Assembly: GCA_035353995.1 (NCBI GenBank) | Contig: DAOQAL010000001.1 | Coordinates: forward strand, 308,104 to 372,103 | Direction of reading: 5' to 3' | From: Minisyncoccota bacterium | GTDB lineage: Bacteria > Patescibacteriota > Minisyncoccia > Phycocordibacterales > UBA9973 | DNA length: 64,000 nucleotides | Shown: positions 54,969 to 63,942 of the stretch, one piece after another | How positions within the stretch are numbered: the stretch's first letter is position 1 | How the letters are laid out: each line of letters begins with the position of its first letter | Position numbers and translations under genes: made by a program | Notes under the pieces: model-generated | What the model saw: only the letters and a program-made list of their open reading frames with translations | Told to the model about the DNA's origin: nothing | Databases searched by the model: none

Positions 54969-57128
54969 TTAAGAAGGCCATTTTTCTACCATTAATAATT
55001 TTTTATTTTCTGTTGGTAGTGAGCTCCAAATTTCTTCTGTTACAAAAGGAATAAATGGATGTAATGCTTTTAATAGTGTAGTAAGTTGTATGTATAATAA
55101 TGCTTTAGCAGAATTAGAATTATTATTTTCAGTTATTTTTTTCTTAGCATGTTCTATTATTATATCAGCGAAAGTATGCCAGAAGTATTGATATAATTTT
55201 TCAGCAACAATGGAAAAACGAAATTCATCCATTTCTTTTTTTGTTTCTTGTAATAAGTCTTCTAGAACCTTTTGATATTTTTTATCTTCTTCGTCTAATT
55301 CTGGTAGATTTTTAAAATCTAAGTCTTCTGTTTTTTCTAATACAAATCGTGAAGCATTCCATATTTTATTACAGAATTTTCCATAACCTTTTACATCGTT
55401 TTCATTTAATTTCAAATCATTACCTGGAGTATTACCAACAACCATAGCCATACGTAGTGCATCAGCACTGTGTTTCTTAATTAAATCTAAAGGATCTGTA
55501 GCTTTACTGCCAAGAGATTTTGACATTTTTTTGCCATCAGCTGTCCTTACCATCCCATGGAAGTAAACATTTTTAAAAGGAACTTCTCCAATTAGATATT
55601 GAGACATTAAAATCATTCTTGCTATCCAGAAAAAAATTAAATCATGCCCAGTTTCAAGAATTGTAGTTGGATGGTAGTTTTTAAAATCAATGGAGTTTAA
55701 ATCTGGCCAACCAAGGGTAGAGAAGGTCCAAAGCCCAGAAGAAAACCAAGTATCAAGTGTATCTTCATCTTGTACCCAGCCATCTTCTTTTGGTGCTTCT
55801 ATGTCGCAATAAATCTTATTGTCTTTATACCAAACAGGAATTCTATGCCCATACCAAATTTGTCTTGAAATACACCAATCTCTCAAATTTTCTATCCAAT
55901 TAAAATAAACTTTTTCAAAATGGTTTGGTAATATATTTATTTTATTTTCACGTACTGGCTCGAGCATTAATTCTTTTAGACTTTTATTATCTCTGTCTTT
56001 TATTTTTTTATTAACATCTATGAACCACTGTAATTTTGGTAATGGTTCAATAATTCCTCCAGTTCTTTCTGCTGTTGAGATATTTTGTGTGATTTCTTCT
56101 TCTTTTTTTAATAAATCATTTTCTTTTAACCAGTTTACTATTGTTTCTCGAGCGTCTGTGGTTTTTTTATTTATAATTCTTTCATCTCCAACAGACATTT
56201 TTGCAAATTCATTAATAACTTGTCTTGATGGCAAATTATGTCTTTGTGCAATTTCTGCATCAATTTGGCTATGAGCTGGAGTGACGCCTAGCGCACCAGT
56301 TCCAAAGTCTTTCTCTACAGACTTGTCTGCAATTATTTTTATTTCCAATTTTACTCCACAAAAATCTTCTATTATGTAAGTTTTTCCAATGTATTTCTGA
56401 TATCGTACATCGTCTGGGTGCACAGCAACCGCAGTATCACCAACTTTTGTTTCAGGTCTGGTTGTTGAAATATAAATAGGGAAGTCTTTAGTGTATTTAA
56501 AAGTATAAAATTTTGCTTTGCGTTCTTCGTAAACTAGTTCGTCATCTGAAATAACAGTTTGTCCTTTTGGATCCCAGTTTACAATTCTATTTCCTCTATA
56601 AATCAAACCATCATCATACATTTTTTTAAATGCAGTTCTAACAGCTAGACTTCTTTTTTCATCTAATGTGAAAGCTTCACGAGACCAGTCCAAAGAAGAT
56701 CCCATTTTTTTGCATTGATTAATTATTGTGTCATGAGAATCTTGTGCAAATTTTTCTACTCTTTTTAAAAATTCTTCTCGGCCTAAATCTCTTTTTTTAA
56801 TCCCTTCTTTATCTAAAAGTTTTTCAACTTTAGTTTGAGTTGCAATTGCTGCATGATCTGTTCCTGGAAGCCATAGTGTTTTTTTACCAGACATTCTTGC
56901 ATAACGTACCATAATATCTTGTATTGCTAACATTAAAGCATGTCCTGTATGCAAACTACCAGTTACATTCGGTGGAGGTAAAACAGAAGAAAAATATTCT
57001 GCATTTGATTCTGTAACTTTTTTTTCTATACAAACATCTGGATTAAAAAAACCGCTTTCTTCCCAAAGCTTGTATATCTTATCTTCAGTTTCTTGTGGGT
57101 TGTATGGTTTAAGAAATTTATCATTCAT
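54969..57128 (-). CDS. valS: valyl-tRNA synthetase (short form lacking the C-terminal coiled-coil)
   Basis: PPPNVTGSLHTGHAL (HIGH), TTRPETKVGDTAV editing motif, KMSKSLGS; 719 aa. Confidence 0.85.
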   Translation of the reverse strand: MNDKFLKPYNPQETEDKIYKLWEESGFFNPDVCIEKKVTESNAEYFSSVLPPPNVTGSLHTGHALMLAIQDIMVRYARMSGKKTLWLPGTDHAAIATQTKVEKLLDKEGIKKRDLGREEFLKRVEKFAQDSHDTIINQCKKMGSSLDWSREAFTLDEKRSLAVRTAFKKMYDDGLIYRGNRIVNWDPKGQTVISDDELVYEERKAKFYTFKYTKDFPIYISTTRPETKVGDTAVAVHPDDVRYQKYIGKTYIIEDFCGVKLEIKIIADKSVEKDFGTGALGVTPAHSQIDAEIAQRHNLPSRQVINEFAKMSVGDERIINKKTTDARETIVNWLKENDLLKKEEEITQNISTAERTGGIIEPLPKLQWFIDVNKKIKDRDNKSLKELMLEPVRENKINILPNHFEKVYFNWIENLRDWCISRQIWYGHRIPVWYKDNKIYCDIEAPKEDGWVQDEDTLDTWFSSGLWTFSTLGWPDLNSIDFKNYHPTTILETGHDLIFFWIARMILMSQYLIGEVPFKNVYFHGMVRTADGKKMSKSLGSKATDPLDLIKKHSADALRMAMVVGNTPGNDLKLNENDVKGYGKFCNKIWNASRFVLEKTEDLDFKNLPELDEEDKKYQKVLEDLLQETKKEMDEFRFSIVAEKLYQYFWHTFADIIIEHAKKKITENNNSNSAKALLYIQLTTLLKALHPFIPFVTEEIWSSLPTENKKLLMVEKWPS

Positions 57129-57150
57129 ACATTGGATATAATAGCATTTT

Positions 57151-58239
57151 TTATAGCCTTAATCCACCATCTGCCCTTATTTTTGAAAGCTTAATAGTTT
57201 TTTTGTTGTTTTCTAAAAATTTAAAATATCCAGCAATTCCAATCATAATAGAATTATCGGTAGAAAGATTTTTGGAAGGGAAGAAAAGGTCTTGCTTGTT
57301 TTTTGTAAGTTTTTGCATTTCTTTTCTTAGGTATTTATTTGAAGAAACTCCTCCTGCTACTATAATTGTTTTTATATTATATTTTTCTATAGCTTTTTTT
57401 GTTTTATGAATTAAGGTTTCTATTACTGCATTTTCAAATTCTAAACAAATAGCTTGTTTTATTTTTTCGTCTTGTAAAATTTTTGGATTTTCTATCATTA
57501 AATCTCTTACTAAATAAAGAACTGCTGTTTTTAATCCAGAAAAAGAAAAATCAAAATTTTTACTATAAATCATTGGGCGGGGAAGTATAAATTTTGGAAT
57601 TTGATTAGTCGGTAAACTTTTACTCTTTCTAAGTTTTTCAGCTAATTTAGAAATTTCTGGACCACCAGGATATGGAAGTCCTATCATTCTAGCTACCTTG
57701 TCAAAAGCTTCACCGGCCGCATCATCTAAAGTTTCACCTATAATTTGGTATTTCATCCAATCTTTCATTAAAACTAATTCAGTATGTCCGCCAGAAACTA
57801 GCAAAGAAAGTACTGGAAATTTTATTTTTGGTATAGAAAAAGTTTTTTTATCTTCGGCAAAAACTGACAAAATATGCCCTTCCATATGGTTTACTGGTAA
57901 TATTGGAATCTTATATTTAGCAGAAATTTCTTTTGCAAAAACAATTCCTGTCCAAAGTGCTGGCTCTAATCCTGGCCCAGAAGTTACTGCTATCAAATCT
58001 ATATTTTCTATTTTTGTTTTTGATTTTTTTAAAGTTCTTTCAAAAAGTATCGGTAAATTTTTCTGATGCTCTCTTTTTGCTAGAGCAGGGAATACACCAC
58101 CATATTCTTTATGTATATCTATCTGAGAATTAAGACTATTAGCTAAAACTTTAAAAACCACGTTTTTACCAGTTTTTTTAGTTTCTAAAATACTTATTCC
58201 AGTTTCGTCACAACTTGTTTCTATGCTTAAGATTTTCAT
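57151..58239 (-). CDS. tsaD: tRNA N6-adenosine threonylcarbamoyltransferase TsaD (Kae1/Gcp)
   Basis: MKILSIETSCDETGISIL N-terminus, HMEGH metal site, and GGVSSNKYLR near the C-terminus. Confidence 0.85.
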   Translation of the reverse strand: MKILSIETSCDETGISILETKKTGKNVVFKVLANSLNSQIDIHKEYGGVFPALAKREHQKNLPILFERTLKKSKTKIENIDLIAVTSGPGLEPALWTGIVFAKEISAKYKIPILPVNHMEGHILSVFAEDKKTFSIPKIKFPVLSLLVSGGHTELVLMKDWMKYQIIGETLDDAAGEAFDKVARMIGLPYPGGPEISKLAEKLRKSKSLPTNQIPKFILPRPMIYSKNFDFSFSGLKTAVLYLVRDLMIENPKILQDEKIKQAICLEFENAVIETLIHKTKKAIEKYNIKTIIVAGGVSSNKYLRKEMQKLTKNKQDLFFPSKNLSTDNSIMIGIAGYFKFLENNKKTIKLSKIRADGGLRL

Positions 58240-58240
58240 G

Positions 58241-58313
58241 TGCGCGATAAGGGATTCGAACCCCTGACCTACCCCACGTCAAGGGGTCGCTCTACCAACT
58301 GAGCTAACCGCGC
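58241..58313 (-). tRNA. tRNA-Val (anticodon GAC)
   Basis: Reverse complement: acceptor GCGCGGT/ATCGCGC, D-arm GCTC-AGTTGGTA-GAGC, anticodon arm ACCCC-TTGACGT-GGGGT, T-loop TTCGAAT. It abuts the tsaD start codon. Confidence 0.85.
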
Positions 58314-58321
58314 ATTTGGTT

Positions 58322-59071
58322 TTATTTAACAAATTTCTCTAATACTTCCAAGTCTTCTTTTGAATTTGCTCCCAAGGATTCATGTGGATCCATTTCTATT
58401 GTTTCTATTTTTTCATTTTCTTCTGAAGCAATCTGGAATAGATCTGTTAAATAATACTCTTTTTTTGCATTGTTATTTTTCACTTTCTTTAAATTTTTCC
58501 ATAGCCAATCAGCGTTGAAAACATAACAACAAGCAGTATTTATCTCCTTTATTTCTTTTTCTTCTTCACTTGCGTCTTTGTATTCACGAATAGCAATAAT
58601 CTTTCCATTTTTTCTTAATACTCTTCCAAGAGGGAGGTATGCTTTACACCAGTCAGAAAAATTTGGCACTAATGTAGTAGTGAGAACCATAGTTGCTTTT
58701 GTTTTTCTAAATTTTTCTATTGAATCTGTAATTGTTTTTGATTTTACAAATGGTTGATCTCCCGATAGTACTATTATTTCTTTTGCATCACCACAAGCTT
58801 TTTCTGCACACATAAGAGCATGAGCTGTTCCTAGTTGTTCTTTTTGAAATGCATAATCACAAGTATCTCCAAATTCTTTTTGAATCAATTCTGCTTTGTG
58901 TCCGACAATTAATATAGGCTTTTCATTTATTATCTCTTTTATCGTATCTATTACATGTTTTACCATAGGCTTGCCACCCAATGGTACTAAAACTTTTGGT
59001 AAATCATGATTCATTCTGGTTCCTTTTCCGCCAGCTAAAATTACAATTTTTATTTTTCCATTTTCATTCAT
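58322..59071 (-). CDS. nucleotidyltransferase-family protein (sugar-phosphate NTP-transferase, GlmU N-terminal-like or MobA-like)
   Basis: KIVILAGGKGTRM..LPKVL..GGKPM motif. The start is probably MNENGKIKIV at 59071; the track ORF extends to 59110. Confidence 0.6.
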   Translation of the reverse strand: MNENGKIKIVILAGGKGTRMNHDLPKVLVPLGGKPMVKHVIDTIKEIINEKPILIVGHKAELIQKEFGDTCDYAFQKEQLGTAHALMCAEKACGDAKEIIVLSGDQPFVKSKTITDSIEKFRKTKATMVLTTTLVPNFSDWCKAYLPLGRVLRKNGKIIAIREYKDASEEEKEIKEINTACCYVFNADWLWKNLKKVKNNNAKKEYYLTDLFQIASEENEKIETIEMDPHESLGANSKEDLEVLEKFVK

Positions 59072-59148
59072 AATTTTTTTATTATACACCAAAAAACAGA
59101 TTATTTTCATCTTGACTAATTTGGCTTTTTATTATTGAGTTAGGCTAT

Positions 59149-59781
59149 TTATTCTAATTTTCTTTCTTCTTTTTTAACCATATGTCCATCTTTGTCTAAA
59201 TCATAAATCAGAATACTGCCAAAATTCATTTCAACAGAGTCGATTTTTTCATCTGGTATATTTTCAATATATTTTATTATTGAGCGAATAGAATTTCCAT
59301 GAGCTACAACTAAAACATTTTTACTTTCTAAGATAATAGGTAATATTTTTTTTAAAAAAAATGGAACAGTTCTTTCATATACCATTTTTAAACTCTCTCC
59401 ATTGCAAATAGGGAAGTCCCACCCTCTGCGAAGTTTTATAAATTCTTTTTCACCAATCAATTTTTCTATTTCCCATTTATTCTTACCAGTATAATCTCCA
59501 TAATCACGTTCATTTAGTTCACTTGCTTCTTCTGTTTGAATATTTTTTGTATCTTCACGATATGCAGTCATTAGAGACAATGTTTCTTTTGCGCGAATTA
59601 ATTTGGAAGTAAAAAGATAATCAAAATGAATATCTTTTACAAGTTCGCCCATTTTTATAGATTCTTCTTTTCCATGTTCGCTGAGAGGTATGTCAGTTAA
59701 ACCAGTCCATTTGCCAAGTTTATTCCACTCGGATTCTCCATGTCTTGCTAAAATTAATTTTCCAATTTTTCCTGTTTCCAT
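59149..59781 (-). CDS. gpmA: histidine-phosphatase family protein, probably 2,3-BPG-dependent phosphoglycerate mutase
   Basis: LILARHGESEWNKLGKWTGLTD (RHG catalytic motif) and C-terminal VVAHGNSIR. The start is probably METGKIGKL at 59781. Confidence 0.65.
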   Translation of the reverse strand: METGKIGKLILARHGESEWNKLGKWTGLTDIPLSEHGKEESIKMGELVKDIHFDYLFTSKLIRAKETLSLMTAYREDTKNIQTEEASELNERDYGDYTGKNKWEIEKLIGEKEFIKLRRGWDFPICNGESLKMVYERTVPFFLKKILPIILESKNVLVVAHGNSIRSIIKYIENIPDEKIDSVEMNFGSILIYDLDKDGHMVKKEERKLE

Positions 59782-59825
59782 GTTGATAATTATATCATCA
59801 GAATATAAAACTACATAGGTCACTA

Positions 59826-59880
59826 CATAAGGTCTTGCCTATGTAGAATTACACAGGGTAGTCCTGTGTAGTCACAAAAT
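59826..59880. promoter_or_regulatory. two adjacent 7-bp-stem hairpins in the leader/promoter region of the gpmA-like gene
   Basis: ctacata-aggtcttgcc-tatgtag and acacagg-gtagt-cctgtgt, perfect inverted repeats. Confidence 0.35.
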
Positions 59881-59937
59881 TAGAGATTTGATTGAGTTTT
59901 CTGGAACAATTATTTGGAAGAATAAATATTTTAAAAT

Positions 59938-59975
59938 GTTAGAATAAAAAAGCGGGACATCAAAGTCCCGCTTTA
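59938..59975 (-). terminator. intrinsic terminator of the NADAR gene; the hairpin overlaps its stop codon
   Basis: aaaGCGGGACatcaaaGTCCCGCttt with flanking A/T runs. On the minus strand it is followed by tttttattct. Confidence 0.7.
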
Positions 59976-60419
59976 TTTTTTTAACTCTTCTCTCATATCC
60001 ATCCACATTTTCCCAATATGGTTTAATCCTTTTCCATCTTCACCATTATCCCAGAATCCGTCACCAGGAGGATAAGTAACAATGTGTTTAACAATTTTTA
60101 AATCTCCTGAATCAATTAAGGCATTACGAACCTCCTCGTGTTGTTCCATCTTTAATCTCATTAACTTTTTCATGATTTCCAACTTATATTCATCATCTTT
60201 AAATTCAGGTATTTGAAGGTGTTTATATTTACATGATACTTGCCATGCTTTTACTGGACTGCGAGCAGAGATTATTTCATCTATGATTTTTTGATCTGTA
60301 TATCTTTGACATTGATATGCATGTTCTACTGTTGGATAAACAACTCCATCCAGCTTAATTGCATGAGATGTATATGGTGAGAAATATATGTAAAAAATTT
60401 CTAATGGTAATATTTTCAT
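59973..60419 (-). CDS. NADAR (YbiA/DUF1768) domain protein
   Basis: Matches the NADAR pattern: FYIYFSPYTSHAIKLDGVVYPTVEHAYQCQRY...SPVKAW...DGFWDNGEDGKGLNHIGKMWMDMR. Confidence 0.7.
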   Translation of the reverse strand: MKILPLEIFYIYFSPYTSHAIKLDGVVYPTVEHAYQCQRYTDQKIIDEIISARSPVKAWQVSCKYKHLQIPEFKDDEYKLEIMKKLMRLKMEQHEEVRNALIDSGDLKIVKHIVTYPPGDGFWDNGEDGKGLNHIGKMWMDMREELKK

Positions 60420-60428
60420 ATTTTATGA

Positions 60429-60893
60429 CTATACTAAATTTAACTGTTTATCTAAAGGAGGGAATGAAAAATATACTCTTACGTTGTTGTCTTTTTCGTA
60501 TAGTTCAATCATCTCAAAATTTTCTTTTTGTATAAGTGAAAACTCTTGTTCTTTTAAACACTTTTCTTTAAAAGAAGGATAATCAGAAACAGTAAAATCA
60601 GCATCTCCACGTTCTTGTCGGGTTAAATCTGGTTTCCTGATTTTTAATAATTGTAATTTACCAGCAACAGTATCTAAAGATATTTTAAATAATGGACCGC
60701 TTGGAGTTTCTTGTATTATTGTACCTAACTTATGTGCTTCCTTTAAAAAATTGGTTTGTTCTTCTTCGGATTGGCAAAAAATACAAGCATAATTAACTGG
60801 AATACTTTTTTGGTCAGTATATTTATCTTTTAATTCTTCAGCGTCTTTAACTATTTTCTTTATTAATTCTTCCATACTATTTTGATTTAGCAA
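60429..60893 (-). CDS. hypothetical protein, 154 aa
   Basis: ORF in an operon-like array; no motif recognised. Confidence 0.4.
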   Translation of the reverse strand: MLNQNSMEELIKKIVKDAEELKDKYTDQKSIPVNYACIFCQSEEEQTNFLKEAHKLGTIIQETPSGPLFKISLDTVAGKLQLLKIRKPDLTRQERGDADFTVSDYPSFKEKCLKEQEFSLIQKENFEMIELYEKDNNVRVYFSFPPLDKQLNLV

Positions 60894-60948
60894 TTATTAA
60901 AAGCTTGTGTATACAGAGGCAAGACCTCTGTTAAGCAATAAAGAGGAT

Positions 60949-61365
60949 TTATGCTAACTTCTGAATGATTTCTTTAATATATGGTCCAAATTTATTATTA
61001 TCAAGTTTTAGCCATTCTGCTGGAGTTAGCCATTGATACTCTCTTTCCGAGTCTTGTTTAAATTCACTAATATCATCAATAAATACTTTATAATCAGCAA
61101 AAATCATATTAGTAGTTTCTGAATTTGAAATAGGGATATTTAATCCATTAGTTAATCCTATGAATTCAAAATTTTTAATTTCTAAATTGGTTTTTTCTTT
61201 AACTGAATTAATTAATGTCTCCTCTATTGTTTTTCCCCATTCAACTTTTGCATTTATACAAGTATATTTTTCCCCTTGACTAGGAGTAGTTCTTAAAAAT
61301 AACTTACCATCTGAATTAATAATAAAGGAACCAACTACAAATTTTGGATACTTTTTATCTTCCAT
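60949..61365 (-). CDS. Nudix-fold protein with a degenerate Nudix box
   Basis: KVEWGKTIEETLINSVKEKTNLEI aligns to GGKIEMGETPEQAVVRELQEEVGI, but the REUxEE residues are largely substituted; 138 aa. Confidence 0.4.
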   Translation of the reverse strand: MEDKKYPKFVVGSFIINSDGKLFLRTTPSQGEKYTCINAKVEWGKTIEETLINSVKEKTNLEIKNFEFIGLTNGLNIPISNSETTNMIFADYKVFIDDISEFKQDSEREYQWLTPAEWLKLDNNKFGPYIKEIIQKLA

Positions 61366-61730
61366 TTTGATATTATATCAGATTCCAAAATACAAAAATA
61401 TCCCATTGGATTGTAAAATGATATTTTATAATTGAACACTTTGTGTACAAGAATGATGTGGTCACAAGTTACTAAATATTTTGCTCCAAACATTCGCAAA
61501 ATATGTAAGTACTCGCGACCCCAGCTCGGCAATTTTTTTACTAAAAAATTAGGCCTACGCTTTCACAAAACACTCGCAAATGAAGCAGTTCATTTGCTTT
61601 GTGTGTTTTGTGACCTTTGAAGGACTAGACTTAAAACTCTATATAGATTTCTTCACTGAGTTAGATAGAATCATATCACATTTTGAAATTCCTTTTAATT
61701 TTGAACATTCTCCTGAAAAATCTTCAGCTT

Positions 61731-61758
61731 TAGTAATCCCTTAATGGTATTTAAATCT
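61731..61758. repeat. 28-nt direct repeat, copy A (tagtaatcccttaatggtatttaaatct), just 3' of the stop of gene 61764-62162
   Basis: 27 of 28 nt identical to copy B at 62198-62225. Confidence 0.85.
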
Positions 61759-61763
61759 AGTGG

Positions 61764-62162
61764 TTATATTGATGAATCAAAAAATGATGAACCACTGTTT
61801 ATAAATTGATTTACCTCTCCTTTTGACCATACATGATTCTTACAATTAGGACAAGTAGCAAATCCATCACTCCTTACATGTAAGCGTATAATACGATCAT
61901 CACTTTCTACACATTTACTACAGAAGGGTCCATCGGTTGTATTGTCTTCTTTCTTTAACCAATAACAATTATTCTTAAAATCAGATTTTTCTTTAAAAGA
62001 ACTAACATCTTTCAATTTTTTGTTTTCTTCTTCTAATTCTGATATTTTCCTTTGATAACCTAAAATTGTTTCTTGGGCATCAAGAATCATTTGATATTGT
62101 TCAATTTTATCAGCTTCTCTTAAAACTTTAGCTGCTGAAGTTAAACCATTTATTATATCCAT
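61764..62162 (-). CDS. coiled-coil / zinc-ribbon protein (CxxC...CxxC), hypothetical
   Basis: N-terminal coiled coil, then C-terminal CSKCVESDDRIIRLHVRSDGFATCPNCKNHV; 132 aa. Confidence 0.45.
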   Translation of the reverse strand: MDIINGLTSAAKVLREADKIEQYQMILDAQETILGYQRKISELEEENKKLKDVSSFKEKSDFKNNCYWLKKEDNTTDGPFCSKCVESDDRIIRLHVRSDGFATCPNCKNHVWSKGEVNQFINSGSSFFDSSI

Positions 62163-62197
62163 AATCTCTATTATATCATATAAAAATCTCTATTTTT

Positions 62198-62225
62198 AGT
62201 AATTCCTTAATGGTATTTAAATCTT
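62198..62225. repeat. 28-nt direct repeat, copy B (tagtaattccttaatggtatttaaatct), overlapping the stop of gene 62224-63105
   Basis: See copy A. Confidence 0.85.
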
Positions 62226-63105
62226 ACTTATTTTTACTATTTGTATATATATTTCTTTGTTTTGCAATTATTGATATTATTCTATCCTCTAATTTTTTAA
62301 CTTGTTCCTTTGTTGTATGGAATGAATTTAAGTTATGAGCTACTTGATTTCTCAGACCCATTAAGTCTCTTATTATTTGTTTTTCTTCTACTGTTATGAG
62401 TTTTCTCTGTTCTGCTACATTTAATATGACAGACGGTGGAACTCTATTTATATTTAGTCCTATGTGAGGAATAAGATTTGATTTTAAAGAAAGTATTACT
62501 GCTTGGAATAAATTTAAAATTGTTAATCTATAGTCTCCAATACTGTAATTCCTTTTTGCACTACCAATGTAAATTTTTTGGTCATTACTTAAATTTTCTA
62601 TTTCACTCTTTTCTTTCTTCCTAAACAATGAAAATGAAAGAACAACAGATATCAAAGCTGTAATTATTGAAAATGAGCCAGATATTATTTCTGTGGTGGA
62701 TTTAATGCTTTCAGAACCAACCTTACTTACTAAAATAAATATAGGTATTATTTCTGTTAAAATCCATGACATTATTACTAATATTGGGAATATAAATGCA
62801 AGCGTATATACAATATGAGCTAAAACTTCAATGTATTTTGACCACCCAAACCATTTATTTGTAAAAATCTCAGAATTATATCTAATATTATTTAACCCAT
62901 ATAAGTATGAAGAAAAAAGTAATAATCCTAAAAAAATAAGTGCTAGAGAAAAAATAGTTAAATCATATCCAAATATATTAAGTTTTATAGAATCTAATTT
63001 ATCTTTAAATGGAAAAATTGCTAATATAACAGCTGCTAACCCAATCATGAACGAAGCCTTGTCTGATATGATTGATTCTTTTTTTTGTGAATTTATATCA
63101 ATCAT
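62224..63105 (-). CDS. membrane-anchored protein with a C-terminal HEPN-like (Abi2/DUF4145-type RNxxAH) domain
   Basis: Four N-terminal TM helices, then a soluble tail containing LRNQVAHN (the Rx4H HEPN motif). Confidence 0.5.
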   Translation of the reverse strand: MIDINSQKKESIISDKASFMIGLAAVILAIFPFKDKLDSIKLNIFGYDLTIFSLALIFLGLLLFSSYLYGLNNIRYNSEIFTNKWFGWSKYIEVLAHIVYTLAFIFPILVIMSWILTEIIPIFILVSKVGSESIKSTTEIISGSFSIITALISVVLSFSLFRKKEKSEIENLSNDQKIYIGSAKRNYSIGDYRLTILNLFQAVILSLKSNLIPHIGLNINRVPPSVILNVAEQRKLITVEEKQIIRDLMGLRNQVAHNLNSFHTTKEQVKKLEDRIISIIAKQRNIYTNSKNK

Positions 63106-63931
63106 GTTTAATGATTTTTATTTTATCATTATTAAAGATAATTTCTTTTAAATCAGAGAAAAATGACATCAAATTATATGAAGTTATTGGAGCATCACCT
63201 GGATGAGCTGATTGATTTCTCATATCAAAACAACTACGTAATCTAGTATGTTGATTTATATCAATAAGTCCCATTCCTTCTAAAACCCATAATATTTGAT
63301 TATCAAAGATTTCTCTTAATTCACTTATTGATGTCACTGGTTGTATTCCTGAAAATCTTTTAAATCTACCTGATTGTGCACTCGCCATTTGAGCTGCCAC
63401 AACATTAAATTGAGTAAATCCTATTTCTTCAATTTTATTATGGATACAATCTATGCTGGCACACCATCCAAGAATTATAGCAGCTCTCATAAAATCATGT
63501 TTGGCACAATCTATAGCTTCTTTAAGATATTTACCTTCTTCTGATTCCCCAAAATCTGATAAAAGAGAATCTAAAATTTCATGATTTATATCTTTACTAT
63601 TTGATTTAGTATGAGTTTTTAATATAATTTCATTATTAAATGATTTTAATATATCACTTGTATACTTTATATAAGTTTTTTTTAGATTTCCAGAAGAAAG
63701 ACTTAGCTGAACAAGACCTTCAAATAATTTATCATATTTTTCTATAATTTCAGGTTGGCAAAAATAATTAAGATCTTGTTTTATATTATTAATCCACTCA
63801 TTATTAAGTCTCTGTGTTTCTTCTAATAAACTTCTCTTTCTGACCTGAGAATTTTTTTCTTTTTGTAAAACAGATTTAAATTTTTTTAAATCTGTTAAAA
63901 AAGTGCTTAATTTATCTTTAAAATCACTCAT
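63098..63931 (-). CDS. cytoplasmic HEPN-like (Abi2/DUF4145-type) protein, candidate abortive-infection factor
   Basis: C-terminal RLRSCFDMRNQSAHPG (the RNxxAH / Rx4H motif). It overlaps the downstream membrane HEPN gene by 8 nt. Confidence 0.45.
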   Translation of the reverse strand: MSDFKDKLSTFLTDLKKFKSVLQKEKNSQVRKRSLLEETQRLNNEWINNIKQDLNYFCQPEIIEKYDKLFEGLVQLSLSSGNLKKTYIKYTSDILKSFNNEIILKTHTKSNSKDINHEILDSLLSDFGESEEGKYLKEAIDCAKHDFMRAAIILGWCASIDCIHNKIEEIGFTQFNVVAAQMASAQSGRFKRFSGIQPVTSISELREIFDNQILWVLEGMGLIDINQHTRLRSCFDMRNQSAHPGDAPITSYNLMSFFSDLKEIIFNNDKIKIIKHD

Positions 63932-63942
63932 ACAATATAAAT

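Noticed and set aside
59829-60935. Shared 11-mer AGGCAAGACCT, or its complement, in hairpins at 59829 and 60917
   Set aside because: Hundreds of shared 11-mers are expected by chance in a 64-kb AT-rich window, so this is not significant.
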